A DNA stretch of 63,998 nt, the filler included, from Octopus bimaculoides (taxonomy: Eukaryota): the NCBI RefSeq assembly GCF_001194135.2. It is 5 parts of 5 records of this genome, joined end to end, with 100 filler letters (N's around TTAATTAATTAA, not from the genome) between each part and the next. Parts side by side here need not be neighbours in the genome. Positions count along the whole stretch, not along the records: positions 20,641 to 46,781 come from NC_068981.1; positions 46,882 to 58,748 come from NC_069005.1; 3 more parts are not named here. One strand, given 5' to 3'. The notes under the pieces are model-generated. The model ran no database searches and was not told where the DNA came from. It worked only from the letters and a program-made list of their open reading frames with translations. This document shows positions 39,168-52,552 of this stretch, in pieces (positions within the stretch are counted from its first letter, which is position 1; each line of letters starts with the position of its first letter). The position numbers and the translations under genes were made by a program.

Positions 39168-40330
39168 TCTTACTATAATGGACATTATGTCCATCTCTCT
39201 GTCTGTCTGTTCCCTTTTCGCAGTCAAATAGCTGGACCAATGGTCACAATGTTTTTTTTGGATTGCGAAGGAGGTAATTAGGAAGGTTTTTAGCAAAAAA
39301 AAAAAATGTGAAAAAGTATGATTATTTAATGGATATTGAGTTTTCTATTAATAAATCACCTTTGATTTTTTTTATTAAAATTCCAGCGATGAGGATTAAT
39401 TCTGGATTCCCCCCTCCACCATATATAGTTCATGAATTTAGAGTGTTTAAATTTGCGATACTATCCTTGTATTTTCCATTGTAGATGGGCAGGTTTGTTA
39501 TCTTACTATAATGAGCATTATGTCTGTTTGTCTGTCCGTCTGTTCATCTCTTTGTCTGTTCCCTCTTCACTGCCAGATGGCTGGATCAATGGTTATGATA
39601 TTTTTCAGGATTACAAAGATGGTCGTCAGGAAGGTTTTTAGCATTAAAAAAATCAGAAAGTATGATTATTTTGTGGATATTGATAAACCATCTTTGCATT
39701 TTTATTTAAAAATCACCAACCATCAGTAACTCAGGATTTTCATCATATAGTTTGTGGCCCCATCATAGGTACAAAGAGGGGCGCAAGGACGGTTAATAGT
39801 GAAAATAAAATGGAAAAAGTGTGTCAGTATATAGTGTGTGGTTATATAGTCTCGGGTAGGATTCAAAATGGCTAATCAAAGCGGCTGATGTTCACATCTC
39901 AGTTTTGTCAATCAAAATAACCCATGGTACCAGAACATCCAGGCATTGTTTGCATAGAACAGTGAGAGATAAATCTTAGTTTGATTTTTTGCAACCCTAA
40001 AGGTTCCGCTCATGCATTCACAACAAACAAGGCACAAGGGCTGACTTTAGATCATGTAGGTGTATTTTTACTCTCTCCAATGTTTACATACAGCCAGTTA
40101 TACTTTGCTATGAGTAGAGCAATGGACTCCAGTAATTTGAAACTTAGCATCAACAAAACAGAAGATATCTTCTACAAAGAAGTTTTGTAATCATATTGAT
40201 ATTATCAAAAGGAATATGATTCATAATTTAAATAAGGAAATTTGTGAACTTTGGCTGTATAAGAATATAAGCAAGCATAAAATAGTGTAAACAACTAAAA
40301 TAAAAGCATATCTAAATAACATTTTTTCTT
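39168..40330 (+). mobile_element. Helitron relic: two tandem 5' ends and a PIF1-helicase C-terminal fragment
   Basis: A|TCTTACTATAATG starts at 39168 and 39501, each followed by (CTGT)n. ORF 39981-40190 (AF.TT.NKAQG.TLD.VG..L..P.F...QLY.A.SR....NLK..YKEVL*) is the RepHel helicase C-terminus. Confidence 0.75.
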
Positions 40331-41621
40331 AATACTTTTTATGTAGTTGTCGAAGGAAGCTCTGGCTTTCATTAGGAGTGGTCCACATATCCATTCATGA
40401 TACAGAGGCTGGGAACCTATTTCAGTTCAGGAGTGAATCTTCATCACATGTCACTGAGTCACAATCACATGTCATATAGCTGCAATAGAATGCTGTATCA
40501 CCAACAATAATGTGATTTCTCTAAGACTTCATCCAGTAATCTATCAAGTCCATTTACACATTTTTCAATACATACTGTTGTTATGACTTCCCTCCCACAT
40601 TTTATGCCTCCATCGTAGTTGAAGAAAAGACCAGCAAGAATTATTACAATCAGGTGACAATTCTAACAATTTGTCTGTTATTAAAGTGCATTAAGTTAAA
40701 GAATCTGATACATAAATTGCAAACAATTTATTGAGTAACATTGTAAAAAACTTCATAGTAGATTTAATTCTGGGCTGAGTGTTGTATGGATTTCATTTCT
40801 AAAAATTCACCTCTATTATACTTTAGTTCATCACTTGTTGATTTTCATTGCCACTCACAATACTCTAATTGAATTGATACCAGTTATTAAATGAATAATT
40901 TTTAAATCAGTTAATTAGTGAATTGTTCTAAAAAAAGATTACATTGACAATACTTAGAAGAACTAACTGTAATACAGTAAGGTGATTTATATTTTACTTA
41001 CCATTTATCTACATAGATGTATCAATTTGTGTGTCTATACATATATGATATCTTCACAGTAATGTTTAATGATATTTTGATACAATATTTGTGTATATGT
41101 ATCTATGTATATATTGCATACACATATGCTTTATTTTAAATCCCAAACATTCCTGGATATTTCTGCTAATATGAATGTGCATGTGTGTGAAAACATGCTA
41201 ATGTACATGAATAATATTGACATTCTACAGCTTCACTTGAAAGAGTCAGAAATATATTTGAATTCCTTGTTAACATTAATTTTGTTGAGCAGTAATATTT
41301 ATTCTGACTTAAACATGGATGTTCTGTTAGAACAAACCACACTGTAGTAGATACCATGACAGAAACTTTCATATTGGCTTTTGGTGCAAAATGCATTCTT
41401 ATTTTTATCGCTAGCAGATAGATAAATTCCCACCATCTCCAGCACTGAGACCACCAGATCATGTGATCTCAACCTTCCACTTTGTGTTTTCAAAGACCAG
41501 TATGATAAGAAATTTCTTGCTTGACGATCAGATAAGGATTGACAAAAGGAAGAACATCTAGCCATAGAATCCTGCCATTTAAAGAAACTAATGATACATA
41601 CATACAGATATATATATATAT

Positions 41622-41692
<71 letters not shown>

Positions 41693-43086
41693 NNNNNNNN
41701 NNNNNNNNNNNNNNNNNNNNNNNNNNNNNNNNNNNNNNNNNNNNNNNNNNNNNNNNNNNNNNNNNNNNNNNNNNNNNNNNNNNNNNNNNNNNNNNNNNNN
41801 NNNNNNNNNNNNNNNNNNNNNNNNNNNNNNNNNNNNNNNNNNNNNNNNNNNNNNNNNNNNNNNNNNNNNNNNNNNNNNNNNNNNNNNNNNNNNNNNNNNN
41901 NNNNNNNNNNNNNNNNNNNNNNNNNNNNNNNNNNNNNNNNNNNNNNNNNNNNNNNNNNNNNNNNNNNNNNNNNNNNNNNNNNNNNNNNNNNNNNNNNNNN
42001 NNNNNNNNNNNNNNNNNNNNNNNNNNNNNNNNNNNNNNNNNNNNNNNNNNNNNNNNNNNNNNNNNNNNNNNNNNNNNNNNNNNNNNNNNNNNNNNNNNNN
42101 NNNNNNNNNNNNNNNNNNNNNNNNNNNNNNNNNNNNNNNNNNNNNNNNNNNNNNNNNNNNNNNNNNNNNATATATATATATATATATATATGAACATGTG
42201 TAATATGTGTGTGTGTGTGTGTACATAACTGAAATTTCTCAGAAATAGTATATTTTATCTTAACTTTTTTACATATTTATTTTCATACCTACTTTTGGCA
42301 GTGCAGTACAAATTTTTGTGATATTTGGACCTCTGTTTAAATGATTAAACACAATTTTTGTTATTTCTTGATGAAAAATATATATGGCTTTCATGACATC
42401 GACACACATATAATGAATGTCATGGCTTATCAATCAACACAAACACACATTTGCTATCTGTGACATAAACACACACATTGTCTTTGCGCTCTCTAAGAAA
42501 AAAAAACATTGACTTTTTGACATACACAATATTTAATCGTTTAGAAATATTTTTAACTGAATATGATTTCATCATCCGGAGTTCTTTAATTTTTGTAAGA
42601 AATTATTATTTATTTACTTTTGTTTTAAAGTGAAAAAGAGGAGAAAATGAAAGATGTATGTACATGTATATGAAATGCACATGTGTGCGTGTGAAAGAAA
42701 GATAGAGAGAGAGGAAGAGAGAAAAAGAGAGAGAGATTGAGTGAAGGGGTGTGTTGTCATGTATACATACATACATCAATACATGTGTTCATCTTTTTTG
42801 TATGTACGTGTGCATGTGTGTGACAGAGAGAGAGAATGTGTGTGTCAGTGTGTATGTGAATGTGTGCATTCTCATGTATGTGTAAGTGGCACACACTCTC
42901 TCTCTCTCTCACACATGTCCATTTCATATACACATTCATACATCCTCCACTTTCTCCTGTCTTTCACTTGAAAACAAAAGTAACAGGTGATTTTCAGGAA
43001 AAAAATTATTAAAAAAAAACTTCAACTAACGTAAATTGATTGCAATTATTTGGATAGTTCCAATTAAATAAATCCAGAAGTCAGGT

Positions 43087-43094
<8 letters not shown>

Positions 43095-43126
<32 letters not shown>

Positions 43127-43203
43127 GTGAATTCCCATTCAACAAACTGGCAAACAATTCCGTGAATACTTTACTGGGCAAAGCTGGGTAGTAAGTCTAG
43201 TAT
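43095..43203 (+). mobile_element. Helitron-type 3' terminus, CpG-decayed
   Basis: CTGGGCAAAGCTGGGTAG..CTAGT, read as CCGGGCAACGCCGGGTA..CTAG after CpG loss. Confidence 0.45.
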
Positions 43204-43204
43204 A

Positions 43205-43720
43205 GCCTAAAAAAGCACATCAGAGCTATTCAATGTGAAAGTGATGTCAGTTGTCTTTCTTTTGCTTGCAAAGGTATCATTCATCATGAGTTTGTTCCAT
43301 GGGATCAAATGATTAGTAAAGAGTTTTATTTAGATGTCCTGAGGCATGGACAATCAAAACCTGGATGCAACACAATAATGATGTGTCTCCCTATTTGTCA
43401 CTCTTTAACAGTGACTTTTTGGCAAAGCATGAGATGACTCTTATACCTACTCACTGAATTTGGCAGACTTTTTTGTTCCCAGAGACAAAACTCACACTGA
43501 AAAGTGATTTCAGATGGTAGATGATATCAAAGAAGGATCTACATATTACTCACTCAAACTGCTTTCTAGTACATGATCCAAAGCTGAAAAAAAATTGGGA
43601 CTGGCATATTAATGGTGAAGGAAACTATCTGGATGGAAGCAAATCTAAAGAAATTGAAAGTGATGTAATAACTTTGTTATCTAAAAACAGATTTCTTATT
43701 GAACATGAGTGTGTATATAC
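43205..43720 (+). mobile_element. Mariner transposase C-terminal relic
   Basis: NVKVM.VVF....KGIIHHEFVP..Q.ISKEFYLDVLR, W.QHNN, DFLAKHE and NWDWHING.GNY..G.K remnants. Confidence 0.7.
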
Positions 43721-44129
43721 ATAATTGTGTACATATGTGTACATACACACTTACACATAAAATTATGACAAAGAGGAGCAAGTTCATTATAATGAATATG
43801 AAGTAAATTTATAACAAATTAGAAGTATTCATTATTTCAATGAATAGTTGAATAGTTTCATTTTATGAAACTGGCTTCAGCCTCACTAAATAAAACAGTG
43901 TATTAACCCTTATCCTGGTGAAGAGAACTGAAATGCAAGACTTCCATTTTTATAATTTTATCAAAAATCTTTCTTTAAACACTTTTATGTTTTTCCGTCA
44001 TAATTTTTACTTTTGCCTTCTTAACTGAAACTCTGTTATTAAAGTCTGAATGAAATTGTACTTAGGACTTAGCAATGATACTTTTTAGAAATATATATTT
44101 ATATATATCAGAGTTGATAGCAGCATAAT

Positions 44130-45230
44130 AGATAAGGCAGTTAAGGATATGAACACATTGAATGCCCCTGGGCCATCAGGAATCACTGCCAAGATGGTTA
44201 AAATTTCTGGTGGTGTAGGATACAGTCTAGTCATCTGAATCTGGTTATTTAGGAAGGTGCCATCTCCAATGACTGGTGTAGTAGAATTATAGTTAACTAC
44301 TACAAGGGTAAAGGTGATGCCTTATATAGAAACAACTACAACTTTATCAAACTGCTAGACCAAGTCATGAAAGTTACTGAGAGGGTTATAGCTCAATTGA
44401 TTAAGAATAGAATTAAACTAAATGAGATGCAGTTTGGTTTTGTGCCTGGGAAGAGTACCACGGATGCCATCTTCATAGTGAGACAGCTGCAGGAAAAGTA
44501 TTTGGCCAAAAGTAAGCCATTGTACTTAGCCTTCATCAACCTGGAAAAAAGCTTTTGATAGAGTCCCCTACTCTGTTATCTGGTGGTCTTTAAAGAAGTT
44601 AGGCATGGTTTGTTAGAGCTGTACATGCCATGTACAGTGGTACTTTCAGTAAGGTGAGAGTTGGCTATGAGTACAGTGATGAATTTAGCATACAGGTAGG
44701 GGTTCACCAAGATTCAGTTCTCAGCCCACCTTTATTCATCATAGTCCTCCAGGCCATAACAGAAGAATTCAAAACTGGATGCTTGTGGGAACTACTTTAT
44801 GCTGACGACCTTGTGCTTATTGCAGAATCTGTAGCAGAATTAGAGAAGAAATTTCAGGTATGAAAGCAAAACTTGGAATCAAAGGGCCTTAAAGTTAACC
44901 TAAGACCAAAGTTGTTGTTAGCAAGGAAGCAGATAAAACTCTCTTTCCATCAAGTAAATGGCCCTGCTCACTATGTAGGAAAGGAGTTGGAAGAAATTCC
45001 ATTTGCTGCACCCAGTGTAAGCTATGGATACATAAGAGGTGCTGTGGAATCACAGGTAGCCTAACAGATACAGTTGTTTTCATATGTGGCAGATGTGCAG
45101 GAACAATATGCACTAAGAGTACACAGGACTTAGATTCTCTCAAATGCCCAGGAGGCTCTCTTGAGGTTGTAGATAGTTTCTGTTACCTAGGTGATCAGAG
45201 GTTCCTGAGAAGACTGGCCCATGAGTTCTA
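44130..45230 (+). mobile_element. RTE-clade LINE RT fragment, frameshifted
   Basis: [54 protein letters not shown] and LEVVDSFCYLGD. Confidence 0.9.
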
Positions 45231-45614
45231 GAAGAGCTATGTGTTCCACAAGTGCTGTGTGTTCCACCTACACATAACAAGAAAACTTTTCACACACCCT
45301 ACCGCAACAAACTAAACTACATCTCTTCCCTTCCTCACATCTCCTTCATGCACTATGCTTACCTGTCACTCCCCAGTCCTATCCTCACATCCCTGTTCAT
45401 TGTATCATTGCTATCCAGTAGCATCCCACACCCTCTATATACCCAGGTTTCCACCACTCACTGCATTTCCCCTTCCCCACTTTCTACTCATGCTTCTTTG
45501 GCAATGTCCTACCACTAATATTATGACCTTCGAACCTCAAGGGTAAGCCCTGGCACTTGCTACCCTCTCTCTCTCCTTCCTTTTACTCGACTGTCCCATT
45601 TATATTCTGATCTT

Positions 45615-45676
45615 TGTCCCCTGTGAGTATGCCTGTCCCCTGTGAGTATGCCTGTCCCCTGTGAGTATGCCTGTCA
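45615..45676 (+). repeat. 19-bp tandem repeat x3 (TGTCCCCTGTGAGTATGCC)
   Basis: Three consecutive exact units with no spacers. Confidence 0.9.
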
Positions 45677-45989
45677 CTTTGCATCGTCTCTTTCCTGCCC
45701 TCTCTTGTATTCTTGCTGTCTCCCACTCTCTCTCTCCTTCTCCTGCTCTTCCCTCAGGCTAGATAACCATGTGTCTCCTTTACAGCTGCACACCAGTACT
45801 ATTCTTAGTCCTGATCTCTCTCTTTTTTTTTCTCTCTCTCTCTCTCTCTGGCCGGGTAACCTTGTACATCCTCTACAGCAAGACACCTGTTTCTTTCTCT
45901 CTCTCTCACTATAACCTTTCATCATCTGACACAAAATCATCTCCTTCAATGCCCTCTCCCCTCTAAAAGGATTTTTGTCTTGCAAATGA

Positions 45990-46290
45990 CTTGGTGACCC
46001 TGCTAGTGCTGTTGCCATGTAAAAAGTATCCAGTCCACACTGTAAAGTGGTTGGTGTTTGGAAGGGCATCCAGCTGTAAAAATCTTACCAAAACTAACCT
46101 TGCCTGTGCTTGTTCCATGTAAAAAAAACACTGAGTCCAATCAGCTGGTGGTTAGTGTTAGGAAGGACATCTAGCTAAAAAATACCCTGCCAAAACAGAC
46201 ACAGAAGTCTGATGCAGGCTCCTATCAAACCATCCAACCCATGCCAGCATGGAAGGTAGATGATAAATGATGATAATGATGATGATGATA
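45990..46290 (+). mobile_element. RTE-LINE 3' tail fragments ending in (GAT)n
   Basis: GTTGG..GGAAGGGCATCCAGCTGTA..CCAACCCATGCCAGCATGGAA(GAT)n; also at ~25240 (-), 48950, 49850 (-), 51954, 55170 and 56095 (-). Confidence 0.7.
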
Positions 46291-46509
46291 TTTAATTGCA
46301 ATTCAACAGACCAATTATCAGGCTAGATGATATATATTAAAAAGTGTGCATTTAGAATTAAAACAAGAGAGTATAAATTTCTTATATTGTTCATAAATTA
46401 ATCGTCCAGTACAGCAGTTTCAATGACATAAAACTTCATTATTTATATAATTAGGTATTTAAAATGCATAATTAATTAATATTAAAGTGATACAAATAAT
46501 TACAGAGGC

Positions 46510-46781
46510 ATCAAGCTGTTAGATCAGGTTATGAAAGTTACAGAGAGGGTCATAGCCCAACTAATTAGGGAGCGAATCAATTTAGATGAGATGCAGTTTA
46601 TGTTCGTGCCAGGTAAAAGCACTACTGATGCCTTATTTCTAGTAAGACAGCTGCAGGAGAAATACCTAGCCAAGGATAAACCTCTGTACCTGGCTTTCGT
46701 TGACATGGAGAAAGCCTTTGACAGGGTCTCCCGATCCCTTATCTGGTGGTCAATGAGGAAACTTGGAATAGAAGAATGGTT
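46510..46781 (+). mobile_element. RTE LINE RT fragment cut by scaffold join
   Basis: [42 protein letters not shown] runs directly into the N44 linker. Confidence 0.9.
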
Positions 46782-46881
46782 NNNNNNNNNNNNNNNNNNN
46801 NNNNNNNNNNNNNNNNNNNNNNNNNTTAATTAATTAANNNNNNNNNNNNNNNNNNNNNNNNNNNNNNNNNNNNNNNNNNNN
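46782..46881. other. Artificial scaffold join separating the MEGF8 and MSL3 pieces
   Basis: N44-TTAATTAATTAA-N44. Confidence 0.95.
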
Positions 46882-48309
46882 CTAACAGATCCACCTGTAT
46901 TTTCTTTTACTCAAAACCAGGAACTTTACAGCACCCCCTTGTGTATGTACACACACACACATATATATATGTGAGTATATGCATATATACGAACATGTAT
47001 GTACATACCTACATCTACATGTATATATAGATGCATATCTGGGTACAGGACGTCAAAAAAAAAACGTGCACAAAATGAAAAACGAGAACATAAACAAAGC
47101 ACAGAAAACAAACTTGTTTTCGGACAACGGTAGGAACACACAGGAAAACAGACAGGCCACATAGAGAACATAATATATATTTCTCAGCAGATCAATGAAC
47201 CTATTGAGTAGACTTATCAATAACAAACCTATAATGACTACTGGAAACAGATGTAAGTCAATTTTGCAATAATAAAGAAAAATATGTAATGACCATTATT
47301 TATGCTTTGTTATATCTGGATCTTGCTTTACGTAATGTATGTATATTTATGTATATATACACATGTGTACCTGCATATATGAGTTCCTATATATATATGT
47401 ATGTATGTATTTGTCCATATATGTGCATATATGCATGTTTCTAGTTGCATGTATATACTCATATACTAGGATGTGCATGTGTGAGTGCATATATATATAT
47501 ATGTATCTGTGTATGTATATGTGCGTCTAAGCACAAACACAAAAAAATTTCCGTCTAACTATTATCCTCCTTTCAACTTCTACATCCTCTTCTTTCTCTT
47601 AACAGTTACAACAGCAAAGGCTCATTATGTAATTTCCTCTAAACTAGAATTTATAATTTTCACGCTCATATTTGAATTTTTTGCGTTTCAATAATTTCTG
47701 TTTTTCATTCATTCTCGAATTTGATGGACATATAACGGTACATAAGCCGACTCAGGAAATCTCTAGTGAGAGTTTTTATTGATGTACCCGAAGAAACCCA
47801 GAACGGGTCGAAATGTGTTGTACCCAATAAAATCTTTTACTCATTCCATCTATTTTATTAATACTGTTACCCCAACCACCACCACTACAAAGTTCTTGCA
47901 ATAAATCTACGGATGACAACAGGTGATGGAAACTGTGCCAGTGCTTTACTCATCATCTATTTATACATTTTGTATAATTTCTCCATTATATATATATATA
48001 TATATATATTCCGCAAATTGTTTGATCAAAGGAACAGTCTGTTTGTTGAGTTAGTGTGAACGTGGCTGAATATTCCACAGACACATTATACCCTCAATGT
48101 AATTTTCAGAATGTATCAGCATGAGAGGGTGGAGGGTATGGGTGTAATCACAAGACCAAATCCATCCAAAAGATTTCCAAATGGTTTGTCGACCCAAGGT
48201 GTGGTGAAAGACTTGCTGAAGAGTTCACACAGTGAAATTGATCCCAGCTCATGATTGCAAAGCAAACTTATTAACCATTTGGTCATGGTTGCGTCCAGAG
48301 AAAGAGAAA

Positions 48310-48438
48310 GGGAGAGACATAGAGAGAAAGAGAGGGAGGATCATAGAGAGAGAGGAATAGATAGACAGGAGAGAGGGAGGATCATAGAGAGAGAGGAATA
48401 GATAGACAGGAGAGAGGGATAGATAGATAGGAGAGAGG

Positions 48439-48479
<41 letters not shown>

Positions 48480-48495
48480 GAGAAAGAGTGGGGAC

Positions 48496-48529
<34 letters not shown>

Positions 48530-48640
48530 GAGAAAGAGTGGGGACAGATAGATAGATAGATAGATAGATAGATAGGAGAAAGAGTAGGGACAGAGAGATA
48601 TATAGGAGAGAGAGTGAGAGAGAGAGTGAGAGAGAGGGTT
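48310..48640. repeat. Compound (GA)n/(GATA)n minisatellite
   Basis: Repeated GGAGAAAGAGTGGGGACAGATA and GAGAGGGAGGATCATAGAG units interspersed with GATA runs. Confidence 0.9.
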
Positions 48641-49399
48641 TAATATGACAAAAGTTATTTACCTGTAACGATGACTAATATACTTTGAATAATGATCTTT
48701 TTCAAAACTGTACAATAAAATAGTTGACAAAGAGAAGTCAAAACAGACTCGAATTCCATCTACTACTTCCCGACATATAGGAATGCTGCAACAGGGAGAA
48801 AAAAAAAGGAAAAGGAAAAGAAAATGGTTAAGGAAATAATTACCCAGAAGAATTTACAAAATGATTTGTTGTGGCGATTTGCAGTATTTGAGAAGGTGCG
48901 TCAAACGAAGTAAAATCACAGTCATCCAATAGATACAGGTTTGTCCTTTCCATGTGCCTCGTAAAATGCATCGGTGCCAGTGCTGCATAAATACATCCGT
49001 GCTGGTGGCCTGCAAAAGGCACCCAGCACACTCTGTAAAGTGGTTGGCATTAGGAAGGGCATCCAGCTGTAGAAACCATGCCACAGCAGACACTTGGGAG
49101 TCTGGACAGCTCCCCAGCTGGCCAGCTCCTGTCAAACCGTCCAACCCATGCCAGCATGGAAAATGGATGTTATATAATGATGATGATGAGTTTTGAGCTA
49201 TTTTGAGGGTTGAGCTAGTCTTATCAGAGCAACAGTATGTGAAATATCACCAACGTTCGTTCTAGGCACAACACATACCAACAAAATGTTCAGCGACGAT
49301 CCATCATCACCATCACAACTATCACCATCAAGTTGTCATGCCTATCCGTATCTATGGTTATTAATACTGGGTAATAACCAAAAGAGTATGACTATCAAA

Positions 49400-49700
49400 A
49401 TGGGGGCTCCTCCAGAGAATCTCATTACTCAGAGAATCAACATTACTCAACAGGAAGTCTCTCCAGGTCAAGCTGCCTCTGCATGGAGAGGTCAACAGCT
49501 CCAGTACCACAGACGTGTGATTAGAATGCCGCAGCAGCAAAGAAGCACAAGATGGATTCTTCAAGCTGAGCCAACCAGTGGGAGACCTAGGGGTAGACCA
49601 AGAATAGTATGGTTGGATAATATCCATAGTCTCAGTTGGTCGTGCTTGGAAATCTAGCAAGTCTCTGAGGAAAAGTGAGTGGAGAAGGATGGATGGATCA
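49400..49700 (+). mobile_element. 3' coding remnant of a second RTE/BovB-like LINE
   Basis: LQYHRRVIRMP....TRWILQAEPTSGRPRGRPRIVWLDNI, the typical RTE C-terminal G.R.RGRP..W.D motif. Confidence 0.65.
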
Positions 49701-51146
49701 CACAGAGATTGGTATTAATATGTTAATCAAATCACTACAATACTGAACCACAGTTGTACATGCAGCACTGACTGTAACCCAATAGTTAACTCTCGATTTG
49801 AGTAGACCAGCTAGGTGCAAACAGGTCCCATGATTAGGTGCATTTCACTGTAGTTAAAAGCAGGAGTCATCATCATTACTGTTTTAACATTCACTTTTCC
49901 AAGCTTGCATGGGTCAAAGAGTTTAGTGTGGCATATTTTCTATGGCCAGATGCCCTTCCTGTTGCCAACTCCCTCCTGTTTTCAAGCAAGGTAATATTTC
50001 CTCATGATGGCATGGCATGGTTTTGCAGAATATAGGAGATGAATGACACTCACTCACAACAATCACATTATGTCAAGGCATGGAAACACAATCATACACA
50101 CACACATGCATGCATGCAAGTATGTATGTATGTATGTATGTACGTACGTATGTATGTATGTATGTACGTACGTACACAGGGCTTCTTTCATGTTCCATCT
50201 ACTATAGCCACTCACAAGGCTTTGGTTGGCATGTGGACAAAGTACCACACAGTGGGACTGAACCCAAAACTATGTGATTGGGAAGCAAACTTCTTAACTA
50301 CACAGCCATTGCCTGCACCAAGAGTACTGTATATCAACCCCAGTATTTATTCTAAAACCTGGTACTTACTGTATCGGCCTCTTTCACTAAACCATTAAGC
50401 CACAAAAAAATATATAAATTGCATATACAAATAGCGAAATTTTAATTGGAATCCCACCTTTTTATATTGATGGCAGGGTTTTTACCGTTTCCTCTCTGTT
50501 TACAACGGTCAGACAAACCATAGAGAACATTGACGGAAAAATTTTTGACATAACCTTCTAATACCGACACGACATTAATTTCGGCTGGAAGACGCAGGAA
50601 CTGGAAAGACAGAAATAATTTAAGTTAAGAATAATTTTCTGATTATTGGACACAGATTTAATGCTTTAGCATCCATGATATTGAGGTAGAAAGTATGATG
50701 TTGTATATTAGTGAAATATGAGCATTGAATGCAGAGGACGGGTGAAGGAAGGAAACAAACAAACAATTATGATCTGCTGGTTATATAATGTTAGCATACA
50801 TGAACAAATGAGACATGGATTAGCTTTGAGAAAAATTGGATGAGAGAGAAAGAAGCTGTAGTGTGCAAGAGAGAGAGAGAGAAGAAGAAGAGACAGCTGC
50901 ATTGGTACAGACATGTAATGTGTGTAGATGATAATAGTTGCATAAAGAAAGGCCAAGAGATCCATGTGAAAGGAACCAGCAGAAGAGGAAGACCAAGAAG
51001 ATAGAAGCAAGAAGTAGTGAAAGTTAAGTGGTAAAAAAAACAAAAAGAATCTTGGGTTTATATCCAACTTTACTTTATCGTTTTTGACTGTAATTCTAAT
51101 TAGTAAATGTGTATTGTAGAAATGGAAAACAGTGAATGGGATTTAC

Positions 51147-51275
51147 TTTTTTCTTTTTGTTAATCATGTAGCAATCTTCTTCCAGTTTCTGGCGAAGAAC
51201 TTTTGGAATGGTCAGCTCGATTCCAGACTCAACATCATTACTTTCTTCTTCATTCTCATCCTCATCGTCATCTCT
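51147..51275 (-). CDS. MSL3: MSL3-like exon, start of MRG domain: RDDDEDENEEESNDVESGIELTIPKVLRQKLEEDCYMINKKKK
   Basis: ttatttgcag acceptor, gtaaat donor; 129 nt, phase 0/0. I-x-IP-x-VL-x-x-x-LE-x-DCY-x-IN is characteristic of MSL3 rather than MRG15. No downstream exon found before the join at 46881. Confidence 0.9.
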
Positions 51276-51420
51276 CTGCAAATAATTTTAAATGTTTATT
51301 AGTTTCTGTGGTTTAAGAGACCAAAGACTTCATTCACCAAATATTACAAATAATCAACATCCAGCTTAAGTAAGGGAGAGAACTCACCCATTAAGTGACC
51401 GTTATTTGCTAATACCTATA

Positions 51421-51650
51421 TACAGTAATCCGTCGACTATCATGGACGTTATGTTCCAAAATCCCCTGCGATTGGTGAAAATCCGCAAAGCAGAAACAGT
51501 ACTGTACTGCATATTTTCTTTTATTATTATTTTTATAATTTGTATATATTTATTTTATTAAAAATTTAAAACCACACCACAGAGGAATCGACGTAAGCTT
51601 AAATAATAAGCCGCGATAGGTGAACCGTGATATGGTGAGAGATTACTGTA
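51421..51650. mobile_element. Tigger/pogo-like MITE
   Basis: TA-CAGTAATC ... GATTACTG-TA termini. Confidence 0.7.
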
Positions 51651-51857
51651 TACGATAGACTGAAGACTTCTACGTGGCTAAGGTAAGTCAGCATAATACC
51701 TGATTTCTTCATAAATTTTATCAGTCTTTGATTACTTGCTATTATTCTAAATTTATTTATTGTGCAGGTGAGTACTAAAGATGAATAAAGGATACAAAGG
51801 AAAATTAAACATAATACATCAGGAAAATTACATAAATTGGGAATCAACTATCTAAAC

Positions 51858-52254
51858 CAGCGGTTCTCAATCAGTGTCCATATGACCCTTGGGGGTCCAT
51901 ATAGGATTTTGTCATTAAAATTTATCTGCAATAAATTGGTTATACTTCTATAATGCATTGGTTGGCGTTAGGACGGGCATCCAGCTGTAGAAACTCTGCC
52001 AAATTAGATTGGAGCCTGGTGTAGCCATCCGGTTGCACCAGTCCTCAGTCAAATCGTCCAACCCATGCTAGCATGGAAAGCGGACGTTAAACGATGATGA
52101 TGATGATGATGATGATATATATATATAATTCCTTATAATATTTAATTATAAGAATATAATGAGATTTTATAAATCACTGAATGACTATGGAAGTCCTCTA
52201 CAGAACAATAGGAATCAAAGGGGTTCCTAAACAAAAAATGGTTGAGAACCACAT
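51858..52254. mobile_element. hAT-Charlie-like MITE with nested RTE 3' tail (51954-52115)
   Basis: CAGCGGTTCTCAA ... TTGAGAACCAC termini with TCTAAA on both flanks (Charlie-type target). The insert ends in (GAT)n. Confidence 0.7.
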
Positions 52255-52552
52255 TCTAAATATTATTTAGTGACAAGCAGAAAACTACTCTTCTGAAATT
52301 TGTTAAAAGAATATTTTTAATAAAATGAGAAATTTTACAAAGATACCAGCATAATTTTCAAGAAAGATTAAAATATATATCAGAGCACGGGTGCTTTTTA
52401 CATGACATTGGCAAGGGTGCTTTTTACGTGGCACCAACAAGAATTTTTACGAGAAACATCCTATTTACTGTAATAAACTAGCAACATAATGAATTTTATT
52501 TTTTAACAAGTTCCATTTTAGAAGTAGGAATTTTAACTTTAAGTTATAAATT

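Noticed and set aside
38621-45676. CRISPR-like arrays (10-mer x6, 19-mer x3)
   Set aside because: Head-to-tail repeats with no spacers, in a eukaryotic intronic context.
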